A DNA stretch of 55,336 nt, taken from assembly GCA_021847175.1 (NCBI GenBank), contig JAJZUI010000001.1, positions 1 to 55,336 on the forward strand. Direction: 5' to 3'. Below are positions 35,565-45,725 of this stretch, piece by piece. How positions within the stretch are numbered: the first letter of the stretch is position 1; each line of letters starts with the position of its first letter. The notes under the pieces are model-generated. The model did no database searches. It saw nothing but the letters and a program-made list of their open reading frames with translations, and was not told the origin of the DNA. Source of the stretch: Pseudomonadota bacterium. GTDB taxonomy: Bacteria > Pseudomonadota > Alphaproteobacteria > Acetobacterales > Acetobacteraceae. The translations under genes and the position numbers were made by a program.

Positions 35565-36205
35565 AGAATTTCGGCCTCAGCCGCGACGTGCCCGTGGACC
35601 AGGCGCACGCCGCCTTGCTGTTCATCGACGTGCAGAACTACACGATGGAGGACGGCGGCGAATACGCGGACCTGCCGCGCGACGTCGTCCTGCAGCGCCA
35701 TGGCTATTTCTTCCGCGAGATGCGCACCCGCGCCATCCCCAACATGCAGCGCCTGCAGCGCGTCTGCCGCGAACGCGGGATCGAGGTGCTCTACACCGTC
35801 ATCGAGGCGCAGACACTGGACGGCCGCGACCTGGGCCTCGACTACAAGATCTCCGGCCTGTTCTGCCCCAAGGGTTCGCGCGACGCCAAGGTCATCGACG
35901 AGATCGCGCCCATCGGCGACGAGATGGTGATCCCGAAGACCTCGTCCTCGGTCTTCATCTCGACCAACATCCACTACGTGCTGACCGCCCTTGGCGTCCG
36001 CTCGCTCATCATCGCCGGCGCGCTGACCGACCAGTGCGTGGACTCGGCCGTCCGGGACGCCTGCGACCTCGGCTACCTCGTCACGCTTCCCACCGATGCC
36101 TGCGCCACCCAGAGCGAGGCGCGCCACGCGAACGCGCTGGCCAACAACCGCGGCTACTGCCGCCAGGTCACCACGGACGCGCTGATCGCCGAACTGTCCG
36201 CCTGA
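35561..36205 (+). CDS. isochorismatase-family cysteine hydrolase (amidase-like)
   Basis: ALLFIDVQN (catalytic Asp region), KTSSSVF (Lys) and GALTDQCVDSAVRDA (nucleophile Cys). The start overlaps the previous stop (ATGA). Confidence 0.8.
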   Translation: MKNFGLSRDVPVDQAHAALLFIDVQNYTMEDGGEYADLPRDVVLQRHGYFFREMRTRAIPNMQRLQRVCRERGIEVLYTVIEAQTLDGRDLGLDYKISGLFCPKGSRDAKVIDEIAPIGDEMVIPKTSSSVFISTNIHYVLTALGVRSLIIAGALTDQCVDSAVRDACDLGYLVTLPTDACATQSEARHANALANNRGYCRQVTTDALIAELSA

Positions 36206-36233
36206 TCAACGAACCCGCCCGCGCGTGCGGCGC

Positions 36234-36518
36234 TTACTGCACCAGCGCCGCCACCATCTCGTGCTGCACGATCGCGGCGACGGCCAGCGCCTGGTCGGCG
36301 GCGATCGCCATCGGCGTGCCGTCGGCGGCGTGGATCGCGAACGCCGCGGCACCGTTGACGACCACCCGCTTCACATAGGCGATCTGCGACACCCCGAGCC
36401 GCCCGAACTGCTCGGGCGAGAGGTGGCGGATGTCGAACTGCTCCATCACCCCGTTCCCCTCGGTCCGGGTCTCGTCGAAGTCCTCGATGTTGTCGATCCT
36501 GTCGTCGTCGGAGGTCAT
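36234..36518 (-). CDS. DUF1150 family protein
   Basis: LSPEQFGRLGVSQIAYVKRV...FAIHAADGTPMAIAADQALAVAAIVQHEM pattern. ATG 36518 is preceded by AAGGAGGG (the longer track start includes that SD). Downstream partner of hsp20, as is common in alphaproteobacteria. Confidence 0.75.
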   Translation of the reverse strand: MTSDDDRIDNIEDFDETRTEGNGVMEQFDIRHLSPEQFGRLGVSQIAYVKRVVVNGAAAFAIHAADGTPMAIAADQALAVAAIVQHEMVAALVQ

Positions 36519-36558
36519 GCGACCCTCCTTCACATTTGTTGGCGTCCCAGCCCGAACT

Positions 36559-37014
36559 TCAGCCCTCGCCGTTGGCGTCGCCGATCATCGGCGGCGCCGG
36601 GCGCGGCGGGGTGGAGATGTTGATCGTCTTCACCCGCGCCTGGGGCTGCGGCCGGGCAAGGTCGACATGCAGCAGCCCGTTGTCGAGCCAGGCGCCGCGC
36701 ACCTCGATCCCCTCGGCCATCACGAAGGCGCGCTGGAACTGGCGCGCCGCGATGCCGCGGTGGAGGAAGATGCGATCCTGGCTGTCATCCGCCTGGCGTC
36801 CGCGGATGACGAGCTGGTTGTCCTCCTGCGTGATCTGCAGCTCCTCCATCGTAAAACCGGCAACGGCCAGCGTGATGCGCAAGCCGGCGTCGCCGATCTG
36901 CTCGATGTTGTAGGGCGGATACCCGTCCGACGTGTTCTTGCTCGCCCGCTCGAGCATCTGCTCGAGATGGTCGAACCCCAGGAACAGCGGAGAAGTGAAG
37001 ACGCGGGTGGACAA
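36559..37014 (-). CDS. Hsp20/alpha-crystallin family small heat-shock protein (IbpA-like)
   Basis: SPLFLGFDHLEQMLER...DGYPPYNIE...AVAGF...L.I...N.L.I.G alpha-crystallin pattern. TTG start with a GAGGAGG SD 6 nt upstream. Confidence 0.88.
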   Translation of the reverse strand: MSTRVFTSPLFLGFDHLEQMLERASKNTSDGYPPYNIEQIGDAGLRITLAVAGFTMEELQITQEDNQLVIRGRQADDSQDRIFLHRGIAARQFQRAFVMAEGIEVRGAWLDNGLLHVDLARPQPQARVKTINISTPPRPAPPMIGDANGEG

Positions 37015-37076
37015 TCAGGCCTCCTCGGATGAGCGGGGCGGTTCGCCGAATCCCCAGGAAGGCAACCCGGCAGAAC

Positions 37077-37107
37077 CTAGATTGGCGGAACACCGTTGCG
37101 TTGCAAG
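37077..37107 (-). promoter_or_regulatory. candidate RpoH (sigma-32)-type promoter for hsp20-DUF1150
   Basis: The minus strand reads CTTGCAA-N(about 12-14)-CCGCCAATCTAG. The comparison is with enterobacterial CTTGAAA/CCCCATNTA and alphaproteobacterial CTTG-N17-18-CYTATNTNG. This would give a 5' UTR of about 55 nt. Confidence 0.3.
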
Positions 37108-37192
37108 AGGCACCCCCGCGGCGCCGGCCGCGTTGCAGGACGGCGCGCGGTATCGTTGCAAGCGGGTGGCCCGGGGCGCTAATCCCCCGCCG

Positions 37193-37780
37193 ATGGATGC
37201 TTCCACCCCCAAGCCGCAAGCCCGCGCGCCGGCCCGTCCTCCGGGCAAGCCGGACGTCGAGCTGCTGCCGATCCTCATCGCGCCGCACAAGACGCTGAAG
37301 ACCCGCGCCCGCCCGATCGCCAAGGCGGACGCCGAGGCCGTGCGCGCCCTCATCCCGCGCATGTTCGCCAGCATGTACGCCGCCCCCGGCATCGGCCTCG
37401 CCGCGCCCCAGGTCGGCGCGCTGCTGCGCCTCTTCGTCGTCGACCTGATGCCGGACAACAAGCCGCAGCCCATGGTCCTCATCAACCCGGAGATCGCCGC
37501 CGCCAGCAAGGAAACGGCGATCCGCGAGGAGGGCTGCCTGTCGCTGCCCGGCCAGTACGCGGAGGTCGAGCGCCCCGCCCACGTCGTCATCCGCTACGAG
37601 GACGAGACCGGCGCCCGCCGCCAGGTCGAGGCCGAGGGCCTGCTCGGCGCCTGCCTGCAGCACGAGCTCGACCATCTCGACGGCATCCTCTTCGTCGACC
37701 ACCTCTCGGCGCTGAAGCGCAACATGATCCTGCGCCGGCTGGCCAAGGACATCCGCCAGAAGGAAACCAAGAACTCGTGA
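37193..37780 (+). CDS. def: peptide deformylase
   Basis: [18 protein letters not shown] and HELDHL metal-binding motifs. The only canonical start gives an N-terminal extension of about 20 aa. Confidence 0.92.
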   Translation: MDASTPKPQARAPARPPGKPDVELLPILIAPHKTLKTRARPIAKADAEAVRALIPRMFASMYAAPGIGLAAPQVGALLRLFVVDLMPDNKPQPMVLINPEIAAASKETAIREEGCLSLPGQYAEVERPAHVVIRYEDETGARRQVEAEGLLGACLQHELDHLDGILFVDHLSALKRNMILRRLAKDIRQKETKNS

Positions 37781-38706
37781 CGCAGCCCGCGGGGAAGGGG
37801 CGTCTGCGCCTCGCCTTCATGGGCTCGCCAGATTTCGCCGTTCCCGCGCTGCGCGCGCTGGCCGTCGCCCACGACGTCGTCGCCGTCTACTGCCAGCCGC
37901 CCAAGCCCGCCGGCCGCGGCAAGCACGTCCACAAATGCCCCGTCCACGAGGCCGCGGAAGCCCTCGGCATCGAAACCCGCACCCCCGCGCGTCTGCGCCC
38001 GCCGGCGGAGGCCCAGGCCTTCGCCGCCCTCGGCCTCGACGCCGCGGTGGTCGCCGCCTACGGCCTGATCCTGCCGCCCTCCTTCCTCGAAGCCCCCCGG
38101 CGCGGCTGCCTCAACATCCACGCGAGCCTCCTGCCACGCTGGCGCGGCGCCGCCCCGATCCAGGCCGCCATCCTCGCCGGCGACGCCGAGACGGGCATCA
38201 CCGTGATGCAGATGGACGCGGGGCTGGACACCGGCGCGATGCTCCTGCGCGCGGCGATCCCCATCGGGCCCCACGACACCGCCGCCACCATCCACGACGT
38301 CCTCGCCCAGCTTGGCGCCAGCCTCGTCCTCAGGGCGCTCGCCGAAAACCCGCCCCCCGTCCCACAGCCGGAACAAGGCGTCACCTACGCCGCCAAGCTC
38401 GCGCGCGAGGACGGCCGCCTCGACTGGACGCAGGACGCCGCGGCGCTGGACCGCCGGGTGCGCGCCTTCACCCCCTGGCCCGGCACCTTCACCACGCGCA
38501 ACGGAACGGTCCTGAAAATCCTCGCGGCCGAACTCGCAAGCGGCAACGGCGCCCCCGGCACCGTCCTCGACGACGCGCTCACCGTCGCCTGCGGCACCGA
38601 CGCCCTGCGCCTCACCCGCGTCCAGGCTCCCGGCGGCGCGGCGATGGAGGCGAGCGCCTTCCTGCGCGGCCACCCTGTCCCGCCCGGCACCGTGTTCGGC
38701 ACGTGA
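37777..38706 (+). CDS. fmt: methionyl-tRNA formyltransferase
   Basis: [36 protein letters not shown] overlaps the def stop. Confidence 0.93.
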   Translation: MTQPAGKGRLRLAFMGSPDFAVPALRALAVAHDVVAVYCQPPKPAGRGKHVHKCPVHEAAEALGIETRTPARLRPPAEAQAFAALGLDAAVVAAYGLILPPSFLEAPRRGCLNIHASLLPRWRGAAPIQAAILAGDAETGITVMQMDAGLDTGAMLLRAAIPIGPHDTAATIHDVLAQLGASLVLRALAENPPPVPQPEQGVTYAAKLAREDGRLDWTQDAAALDRRVRAFTPWPGTFTTRNGTVLKILAAELASGNGAPGTVLDDALTVACGTDALRLTRVQAPGGAAMEASAFLRGHPVPPGTVFGT

Positions 38707-39482
38707 TCCGTTACGCCCTGGAAATAGAATACGACGGCGCCGGCTTCGTCGGCTGGCAGTTCCAGACCAGCGGCATCTCCATCCAGCAGGTCCTCGAGGA
38801 AGCCGCCTCCCGCCTCGGCCCCGCCGCCACCCAGGCCGCCGGCCGCACGGATGCCGGCGTCCACGCCGAGGCCCAGGTCGTCGGCCTCGACCTCGACCGC
38901 GCCATCGACCCGGAACGCCTGGCAGCGGCGCTCAACTTCCACCTCCGCCCCAACCGCGTCGCCGTCCGCCGCGCGGCGGTGGCGCCGGCGGGCTGGAACG
39001 CCCGCCTCTCCGCCATCGGCCGCGAATACCGCTACGTGATCCTCAACCGCCGCGCGCCCGCGGCACTCCTCGCCGGTCGCGTCTGGCACATCGAGCGCCC
39101 CTTGGACGCAGCCGCGATGCACCGAGCCGCGCAAGCGCTCCTCGGCAAGCACGACTTCACGTCCTTCCGCGCCGCCGCCTGCCAGGCGAAATCCCCGCTG
39201 CGCACTCTCGACCGGCTGGACATACGCCGCGAGGGCGAACTCATCGTGATCGAAACCGCGGCTCGCAGCTTTCTCCACCACCAGGTCCGCAACATGGTGG
39301 GCTCGCTGGCCCAGGTAGGGCAGGGGCGCTGGCCGGAATCCCACGTCGGCACGGTCCTCGCCGCCCGCGACCGCCGCGAGGCCGGCCCCACCGCGCCGCC
39401 GGACGGCCTCACCCTCGTCGCCGTCCGTTACGCCATCGATCCGTTCGCGTCCGTCAGCCCGGTCAGCCTCACCGCCCGGTGA
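38703..39482 (+). CDS. truA: tRNA pseudouridine(38-40) synthase
   Basis: [27 protein letters not shown] catalytic Asp motif. GTG 38703 overlaps the fmt stop. Confidence 0.92.
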   Translation: MIRYALEIEYDGAGFVGWQFQTSGISIQQVLEEAASRLGPAATQAAGRTDAGVHAEAQVVGLDLDRAIDPERLAAALNFHLRPNRVAVRRAAVAPAGWNARLSAIGREYRYVILNRRAPAALLAGRVWHIERPLDAAAMHRAAQALLGKHDFTSFRAAACQAKSPLRTLDRLDIRREGELIVIETAARSFLHHQVRNMVGSLAQVGQGRWPESHVGTVLAARDRREAGPTAPPDGLTLVAVRYAIDPFASVSPVSLTAR

Positions 39483-40056
39483 GCAGCAGCGGCCCTTCCA
39501 CCACGATCGCCAGCACCAGGTGCACCGCGACGACCAGCACCGCCGCGCGCAGCCGCGAAACCCCCAGCCCCACGCGCGCCAGGAACCACGACAGCGCCAG
39601 CGCATAGGCGACCAGCACCACGATCAGCGCCACCGCCACCGCTTCCGGCGCCATCCCCACGGAGACCGCGATCTGCACCAGCGGCATCAGCACGAAGATC
39701 GCCAGCATCGGCGCCCACTGGCACCAATTGACCGCGGTCGCGTAGCGCAGCCACGGCTCCTCGCGCTTCCAGCGCACCGCCAGCCAGTGCGAGACCACCG
39801 GCTGCGCCAGCATCGCCACCACGGTGCTGCCGATCGATTCCAGCGCGATGCCGACCTGCCCGCTCATCGCCAGCAGCAGCCCGCCCACCAGCGTCAGCGC
39901 CAGCATCGGCGCGAAGCTGTTGAGGAACCCCTGAACGCTGTCGGGAAACCCCGCCATCCCCTCGGCGCGGAACAGCGCGAGCCGCAGCACGCCGCCGCCG
40001 ATGCCGATGCGCCGCGGCGCCATCCGTCCCGGCTTCATGCCCGGCGGCGTCGTCAT
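39469..40056 (-). CDS. hypothetical polytopic membrane protein (195 aa, Yip1-like topology)
   Basis: Five hydrophobic segments and GC3-biased codons. The start overlaps the dapE stop (ATGA). The 3' end overlaps the truA 3' end by 14 nt (convergent). Confidence 0.55.
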   Translation of the reverse strand: MTTPPGMKPGRMAPRRIGIGGGVLRLALFRAEGMAGFPDSVQGFLNSFAPMLALTLVGGLLLAMSGQVGIALESIGSTVVAMLAQPVVSHWLAVRWKREEPWLRYATAVNWCQWAPMLAIFVLMPLVQIAVSVGMAPEAVAVALIVVLVAYALALSWFLARVGLGVSRLRAAVLVVAVHLVLAIVVEGPLLLTGR

Positions 40057-41180
40057 GCCAGGAACGCGCCGATCACCGCGCCATAGGCGGCGGCCAGCGC
40101 CCGCAGCTCCTCGACCGGCACCGCCTCGTCGGTCTTGTGCATCGTCGCCCCCACCAGCCCGAACTCCGCCACCGGGCACAGCAGCGTGATGAACCGCGCG
40201 TCGGACGTTCCGCCGCCGGTATCGAGCCTCGGCCTCACCCCCGTCGCCGCCTCGACCGCCCGCGCGAGCTTTGCCACCGCCGGCCCAGGTGCCGTGAGAA
40301 AACTCTCGCCGGAAACCGAAACGACGAGTTCGTGCCGCGGCGCGTGCCTCGCCAGCACCTCGCGCAGCCACGCCTCCAGCGACGCCCCGGAATGCAGGTC
40401 GTTGAACCTGATGTTGAGCTTCGCCGTCGCCATTGCCGGGATCACGTTGGTCGCCGGGTTCCCGACATCGATGCTCGTCACCTGCAACGTGCTGGGCTCG
40501 AAATGTTCGCTCCCCGCATCGAGCGGCCGCGCCGTCATCTCCGCCAGCGCCGCCACCAGCCGGTGGCACGGATTGTCCGCCCGCGACGGATACGCCGAAT
40601 GCCCCTGCGTGCCGTGCACCGTGATCCGCGCGTTGAGCGAACCGCGCCGCCCGATCTTGATCACCTCGCCCAGCCGCGAAGGGTTGGTCGGCTCTCCCAC
40701 CAGGCAGAAATCCGGCACCTCGCCGCGTTCGCGCATCCAGCCCAGCACCTTCACGGTGCCGTCCACCGCCTCGCCTTCCTCGTCGCCGGTGATCAGCAGC
40801 GAGATCGAACCCCTCGGCGCACCCGCCGCGAGATACCCCTCCGCGGCCGCGACGAACGCCGCGATCGCCCCCTTCATGTCGCACGCCCCGCGCCCGTAGA
40901 GCACGCCGTCGCGCACCTCGCCCCCGAACGGATCCGCACTCCAGCCCTCGCCCGCGGGCACCACGTCCGTATGCCCCGCGAAACAAAGATGCGGCCCGCG
41001 ATCTCCGATCCGCGCATAGAGATTCTCGATCGCCCCGAACCGCAGCCGCTCCACGCGAAACCCGAGCCGCCCGAGCGCCGCCGCCAGCACCGCCTGCGCC
41101 CCGTCGTCGGCCGGCGTCACGGAGCGCGCGCGGATCAGCGCCTGCGCCAGCGGCAGCGGGTCCGCCGGCACGGCGCTCAC
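40053..41180 (-). CDS. dapE: succinyl-diaminopimelate desuccinylase
   Basis: M20 peptidase motifs ([28 protein letters not shown]). GTG 41180 overlaps the dapD stop. 375 aa. Confidence 0.92.
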   Translation of the reverse strand: MSAVPADPLPLAQALIRARSVTPADDGAQAVLAAALGRLGFRVERLRFGAIENLYARIGDRGPHLCFAGHTDVVPAGEGWSADPFGGEVRDGVLYGRGACDMKGAIAAFVAAAEGYLAAGAPRGSISLLITGDEEGEAVDGTVKVLGWMRERGEVPDFCLVGEPTNPSRLGEVIKIGRRGSLNARITVHGTQGHSAYPSRADNPCHRLVAALAEMTARPLDAGSEHFEPSTLQVTSIDVGNPATNVIPAMATAKLNIRFNDLHSGASLEAWLREVLARHAPRHELVVSVSGESFLTAPGPAVAKLARAVEAATGVRPRLDTGGGTSDARFITLLCPVAEFGLVGATMHKTDEAVPVEELRALAAAYGAVIGAFLA

Positions 41181-42016
41181 GACCGCAGCAGCTCGTTGAT
41201 CGAGGTCTTCGCCCGTGTGCGCGCATCCACGCGCTTGACGATCACCGCGCAGGAAAGCGACGGCCCGTCGGACCCGTCCGCGAGTTTCCTGCCCGGCAGC
41301 GTCCCCGGCACCACCACGGAATATGCCGGTACGCGCCCATAGAACGTCTCGCCCGTCGCGCGGTCGATGATGCGCGTGGAGGCGCCGAGGAACACGCCCA
41401 TGGAGAGCACCGCACCGCGCTCCACGACCACGCCCTCCGCCACCTCGGACCGCGCGCCGATGAAGCAGTCGTCCTCGATGATCACCGGCGAGGCCTGCAA
41501 CGGCTCCAGCACGCCGCCGATGCCCACGCCGCCGGAGATATGGCAGTTCGCCCCTACCTGCGCGCACGATCCCACCGTGGACCACGTGTCGATCATCGTG
41601 TTCGCCCCGACATGCGCGCCCACGTTCACGAAACTCGGCATCAGCACAACGCCCGGCGCGATATAGGCGCTGCGCCGCACCACCGCCCCGGGCACGGCGC
41701 GGAAGCCGCGCTGGCGGAACTGCGCCTCGCTCCAGCCGTCGAACAGCATCCCCACCTTGTCCCACACCGGCGCGCCGCCCGCGCCCGGCATCGGGCGGCT
41801 GTCCGCAAGGCGGAACGACAGCAGCACCGCCTTCTTCAGCCATTCGTGCACCATCCAGCCGGACGCGGTCGGCTCCGCGACGCGCGCCGCCCCGGACTCG
41901 AGCCGCCCCAGCGCCGTCTCCACCGCCTCGCGGTCCGCCCCCGCGGTCGCGGGCGACAGCGTGTCGCGGCGCTCCCAGAGCGCGTCGATGGTGGCGGCAA
42001 GCGTGTCGTCGGCCAT
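41177..42016 (-). CDS. dapD: 2,3,4,5-tetrahydropyridine-2,6-dicarboxylate N-succinyltransferase
   Basis: [18 protein letters not shown] start, with hexapeptide-repeat region ([19 protein letters not shown]). 279 aa. The long upstream extension of the track ORF is rejected. Confidence 0.92.
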   Translation of the reverse strand: MADDTLAATIDALWERRDTLSPATAGADREAVETALGRLESGAARVAEPTASGWMVHEWLKKAVLLSFRLADSRPMPGAGGAPVWDKVGMLFDGWSEAQFRQRGFRAVPGAVVRRSAYIAPGVVLMPSFVNVGAHVGANTMIDTWSTVGSCAQVGANCHISGGVGIGGVLEPLQASPVIIEDDCFIGARSEVAEGVVVERGAVLSMGVFLGASTRIIDRATGETFYGRVPAYSVVVPGTLPGRKLADGSDGPSLSCAVIVKRVDARTRAKTSINELLRS

Positions 42017-42124
42017 GATCGGATTCCGTCTCCATGAGGGGCGCCGGACCATGCGCAGCGGTGCAAGGCAAGTCAACGCGCCGCCGTTAGCCTCGCCTTC
42101 ATCCCTCTCCGGTTTCATCGCGCC

Positions 42125-43594
42125 ATGCTCGAATTCGAGACCGAGCCTCCCATGTCCGGGCTCCAGCCGCCCCCGCCGCGGCCATCGCCCCCGCCCCCGT
42201 CGCACGCGCCGATGGCGCTCGCGATGCTGCAAAGCCGTCAGCGCTGGCGCGACCTCGCGACCATGGCCGCGGACATGGCCTTCGAAACCGACGCGCGCCA
42301 CCGCTTCGCCTTCATCCATCCCGAAACCGTGCTCGGCTGGCCTGCCGCCACCCTGCTCGGCCAGCCCGCCGACATCCTCGTCGCGCGCACCGACGGCGAG
42401 CCCGGCGCCAACCCGTTCCAGGTCGCCTCCCCGGTGCGCCGCCGCCGCGCCTGGCTGCGCCGCGCCGACGGCGCCTGCGTCTGCCTCGCCTTCTCCGTCG
42501 CCCCGTTGTTCGACGCCGCGGGCAACGTCATCGGCAGCCGCGGCATCGGCCAGGACATGACCGCGCAGGACCACCACGACGCTTCCCTCGCCGCAGCACT
42601 CCGTCGTGGCGAGGTGGTCGACCACATCCTCTGGCGCATGCGCCACGAGGTCATGGCCCCGCGCATGATGCAGGCGGCGCTGCACTCGCTCGCCACCGCT
42701 GTCGGTGCCGCGGGCTGCGTCGTCGTCGACATGATCGGCGACGGCATCTCGCCGCAGGTGCTGCACGCCTTCGGCGCCGATTTCGGCCGCGTCCGCCACA
42801 CCGCGCTCACCCTCCTCGAATCCGGCGGCCACGTTCCGGTGCAGGCCCAGGCGCCGGAGGGCGAGCGCGTCCTCGCTTGCCCGTCCGACGACGGGCTCGG
42901 CGCCCAGGCCGGCATCGTGCTCTGGCGCGAGGCCGGCGGCCGCCCCTGGGACGCCGACGAAATGATGCTCGCCACCTCCGCCGTCGGCATCGTGCGCGTC
43001 ATCCTCGACCACGAGGCGATCCAGCACGAAATGGCCCGCCAGGCGCGCACGGACCCGCTCACCGCCCTGCTCAACCGCCGCGCCTTCCTCGACGAGATCG
43101 GCCGCCGCATGGAACGCCTCGACCGCGAAAACCTCCCCGGCACCCTGATCTTCGTTGACCTCGACCAGTTCAAGGCGCTGAACGACGAGGCCGGCCACGA
43201 TGCCGGCGACGCCGCCCTCGTCGCCGCCGCCAGGCTGCTGCGCGAGACCGTGCGCCCCTCCGACCTCGTCGCCCGCCTCGGCGGCGACGAGTTCGCCCTC
43301 TGGCTCGACGGTGCCGACTCCTTCGCCGCCGCCGAGCGCGCGGAGGCGCTGCGCCTCGCGATGCCCGCGCTCACGCCCGCCGGCGCCTCGGCGCGGCTCG
43401 GCCTTTCCATCGGCATCGCCACCCGCTGGCCCAACCGCGGCGAGGACATCGACAACCTCATCCACCGTGCCGACCAGGCGATGTACCAGGCCAAGCGTGC
43501 CGGCCGCGGCCGCTGGCGCGTCGCATCCGACGAGGGCGGCCCGGCCGCCGGCCCCAACGCCGATGGGCGCGCACCACTGGGAGGCCATCCATGA
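42125..43594 (+). CDS. PAS-GAF-GGDEF diguanylate cyclase
   Basis: Intact GGDEF (RLGGDEFAL) with an RxxD I-site (RPSD) five residues upstream. An N-terminal PAS-like segment and a GAF-like middle segment are recognisable. Confidence 0.85.
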   Translation: MLEFETEPPMSGLQPPPPRPSPPPPSHAPMALAMLQSRQRWRDLATMAADMAFETDARHRFAFIHPETVLGWPAATLLGQPADILVARTDGEPGANPFQVASPVRRRRAWLRRADGACVCLAFSVAPLFDAAGNVIGSRGIGQDMTAQDHHDASLAAALRRGEVVDHILWRMRHEVMAPRMMQAALHSLATAVGAAGCVVVDMIGDGISPQVLHAFGADFGRVRHTALTLLESGGHVPVQAQAPEGERVLACPSDDGLGAQAGIVLWREAGGRPWDADEMMLATSAVGIVRVILDHEAIQHEMARQARTDPLTALLNRRAFLDEIGRRMERLDRENLPGTLIFVDLDQFKALNDEAGHDAGDAALVAAARLLRETVRPSDLVARLGGDEFALWLDGADSFAAAERAEALRLAMPALTPAGASARLGLSIGIATRWPNRGEDIDNLIHRADQAMYQAKRAGRGRWRVASDEGGPAAGPNADGRAPLGGHP

Positions 43595-44883
43595 GCGCGG
43601 CTCAGACACGCACCGACGCGCCACCGCTGGCGTCCGGCCCCATCGGCCGCCTCATCCCGCCCGACGAATGCGCGCGCGTGCGCCTCGCCGCCGCCCCGAC
43701 GACGGAGGACCACGTGCTGATGGAACTCGCGCGCGACGAGGCGGTCACCGTCCGCGCCTCCGTCGCCCTCAACCAGGCTGCCCCCCACGGCGCCAACGCG
43801 CTCCTCGCCCGCGACGTGGACGAGCGCGTCCGCACCCTCCTCGCGCGCAAGCTCGCCCTGCTGCTGCCCGCCATGGCCGCCACCGGCCGTGCCCGCATCG
43901 GCGAGCGCGTCATCGACATGCTGGAGCAACTCGTTGCCGACGAGGCGGTGCGCGTCCGCGCCGCCATCGCCGAGGCGGTCAAGGACATGCCGTCGGCCCC
44001 GCGCGACCTCATCCTCCGCCTCGCCGCCGACACCGCGCTGCCGGTCGCCGAGCCCGTGCTGCGCCTCTCGCCCATCCTCACGCAATCGGACCTGCTCGCC
44101 CTCCTCGCAGCGCCCCCGTGCCCCGCGACGGCGATCGCCATCGCCCGCCGCCCGGACCTGCCGGAGGCGGTCGCCGACCGCATCGCCGCCATGGCCGACA
44201 GCGAGGCGGTGGAGGCGCTGCTCGCCAACCCCACCGCCGCGATCCGCGAGGCCACGCTCGACGCCCTCATCGCCGAGGCCGTCGCCCACCCCGCCTGGCA
44301 CGGTCCCCTCGCGCGCCGCCCGCGCCTCACCGCCCGCGCCGCGGCGGCGCTCTCGGCGATCGTCGCCACCTGCCTCCTGGAGGAACTCGCCGCCCGCGCC
44401 GACCTCGACCCCGCGACCACGGCCGATCTGCGCCAGCGCCTCGCCGCCCGCCTGATGCCGCCGCCCCCCACCGGCCCCCCGGCCGACCCCGGGACCGACC
44501 CCGGGGCCGGGCCACAATCGTCCCGCGCCGCCGACGCGCTGGCGGATGCCCGGCACATCGCCGCCCAGGGCCGGCTCGACGAAGCCGCGGTGCTGGACGC
44601 GGTGCACCGCGGCGAAACCCGCCTCGCCACCGCGCTCCTCGCGGTCGCCGCCGGTATCGATCAGTCGGTCGTTGACCGCGCCGCCTCGCTGCGCAGCGGC
44701 AAGGGCCTGGTGAGTCTGGTCTGGAAGGCGGGCTTCACCATGCGCCTCGCCGCCCCCCTGCAAACCCTGCTCGCCCGCCTCGCCCCGGAGGCCGTCCTGC
44801 GCGCCGCACCGGGAGGCGACTTCCCCCTCACCACCGAGGAAATGCGCTGGCAGATCGAATTCCTGTCCGTCTCCGGGCGGTAG
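43591..44883 (+). CDS. DUF2336-like protein (HEAT-like helical repeats, 430 aa)
   Basis: ATG overlaps the GGDEF gene stop (ATGA). Repeated ...VR..VA....P pattern and a conserved-looking C-terminal segment ([20 protein letters not shown]). The family name comes from recollection. Confidence 0.6.
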   Translation: MSAAQTRTDAPPLASGPIGRLIPPDECARVRLAAAPTTEDHVLMELARDEAVTVRASVALNQAAPHGANALLARDVDERVRTLLARKLALLLPAMAATGRARIGERVIDMLEQLVADEAVRVRAAIAEAVKDMPSAPRDLILRLAADTALPVAEPVLRLSPILTQSDLLALLAAPPCPATAIAIARRPDLPEAVADRIAAMADSEAVEALLANPTAAIREATLDALIAEAVAHPAWHGPLARRPRLTARAAAALSAIVATCLLEELAARADLDPATTADLRQRLAARLMPPPPTGPPADPGTDPGAGPQSSRAADALADARHIAAQGRLDEAAVLDAVHRGETRLATALLAVAAGIDQSVVDRAASLRSGKGLVSLVWKAGFTMRLAAPLQTLLARLAPEAVLRAAPGGDFPLTTEEMRWQIEFLSVSGR

Positions 44884-44949
44884 CCCACGTCAAGATTGGT
44901 GATCCACCCGGCCGCCCGATCGCGCGGCGGTGGAGCACCCCCGCCGCGC

Positions 44950-45410
44950 ATGCTACAGCCCACCCCGATGCCGCAGGATTTGCCAACCGCCCTCCGCGAG
45001 GACGCGGCCCCGCCCGCCCCGGCGACCTCGCTCGCCAGGCAGGTCGCCAAGGGCGCCGTGTGGATGGTGGCGATCCGCTTCGCCTCCCGCACCCTCGGCC
45101 TCATCAGCACCCTCGTCATCGCCCGCATCCTCGTCCCGGCCGATTTCGGCCTGGTGGCGATGGCGACTGCGTTTTCGGAATCGGTGGACGCTCTTTTCGG
45201 AGGTCGGTCTGCGCGGCGCGCTGGTTCGCCATCCGGAGGAAGCCGCCGATCTCTACGACACCGCCTTTACGATGCAGGTGGTGCGCGCCCTGACCGCCGG
45301 CGCCGTGGTGGCGCTCGCGGCCTCCCTTGCGTGGCGCTGGTTCCGCGGGCCGCGGCTCACGCCGATCTTGCTCGTTCTGGCGGCGCTCGCCGTCGCGTCG
45401 GGTCAGCCTT
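44950..45410 (+). pseudogene. Wzx-like (MOP/Polysacc_synt) flippase remnant, frameshifted and 3'-truncated
   Basis: The N-terminus ...VAKGAVWMVAIRFASRTLGLISTLVIARILVPADFGLVAMATAFSESVDALF is in frame 1. It continues as SEVGLRGALVRHPEEAADLYDTAFTMQVVRAL...PRLTPILLVLAALAVASG in frame 2. The switch is at the T-run 45194-45197. Homology ends near 45403-45415, after only about 150 aa of an expected 400+. Confidence 0.7.
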
Positions 45411-45414
45411 TCCG

Positions 45415-45725
45415 GAGCCCCACCGCCGTGCCCGATATAGACATCGGGCTGTTCCAGCCCGACAGCTTCGTCGATGGTTTCCTGAGAAATCCAGTATCTA
45501 TATATAACGTATCCCTAAAGCGTCCTTCGTGAGCCAGGCGAAGACCGCCAATTTGCGAAGCAGGCGATTCTTCAGCGCTATAGCATCACCTGTCTTCAGA
45601 TTTACCAAGGCAGCGACGTGATGTCCGAGGGCGGCGAGATTTCGGCTCAGATTATCAATATTTGAATCAATAACACCGAAGAATTGTGGTACGAGAGGAT
45701 TTACGGATGCGAAAAGGATTCTCAT
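45415..45725 (-). pseudogene. GT-B (GT4-like) glycosyltransferase N-terminal fragment
   Basis: MRILFASVNPLVPQ...LSRNLAALGHHVAALV resembles a GT4 N-terminus. It stops at a TATATATA run and appears to continue in another frame (..EAVGLEQPDVYIGHGG). GC is about 47% by hand count of 45481-45720. Confidence 0.4.

Noticed and set aside
36932-37192. N-terminal 87-codon extension of the def ORF overlapping the hsp20 start and promoter region
   Set aside because: The extension has no deformylase similarity and overlaps the divergent hsp20 gene. The conserved Def core begins after ATG 37193.
42238-44763. 841-aa minus-strand ORF opposite the GGDEF and DUF2336 genes
   Set aside because: Same artefact class. 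The plus-strand products carry real motifs (GGDEF, I-site) and proper start/stop coupling.
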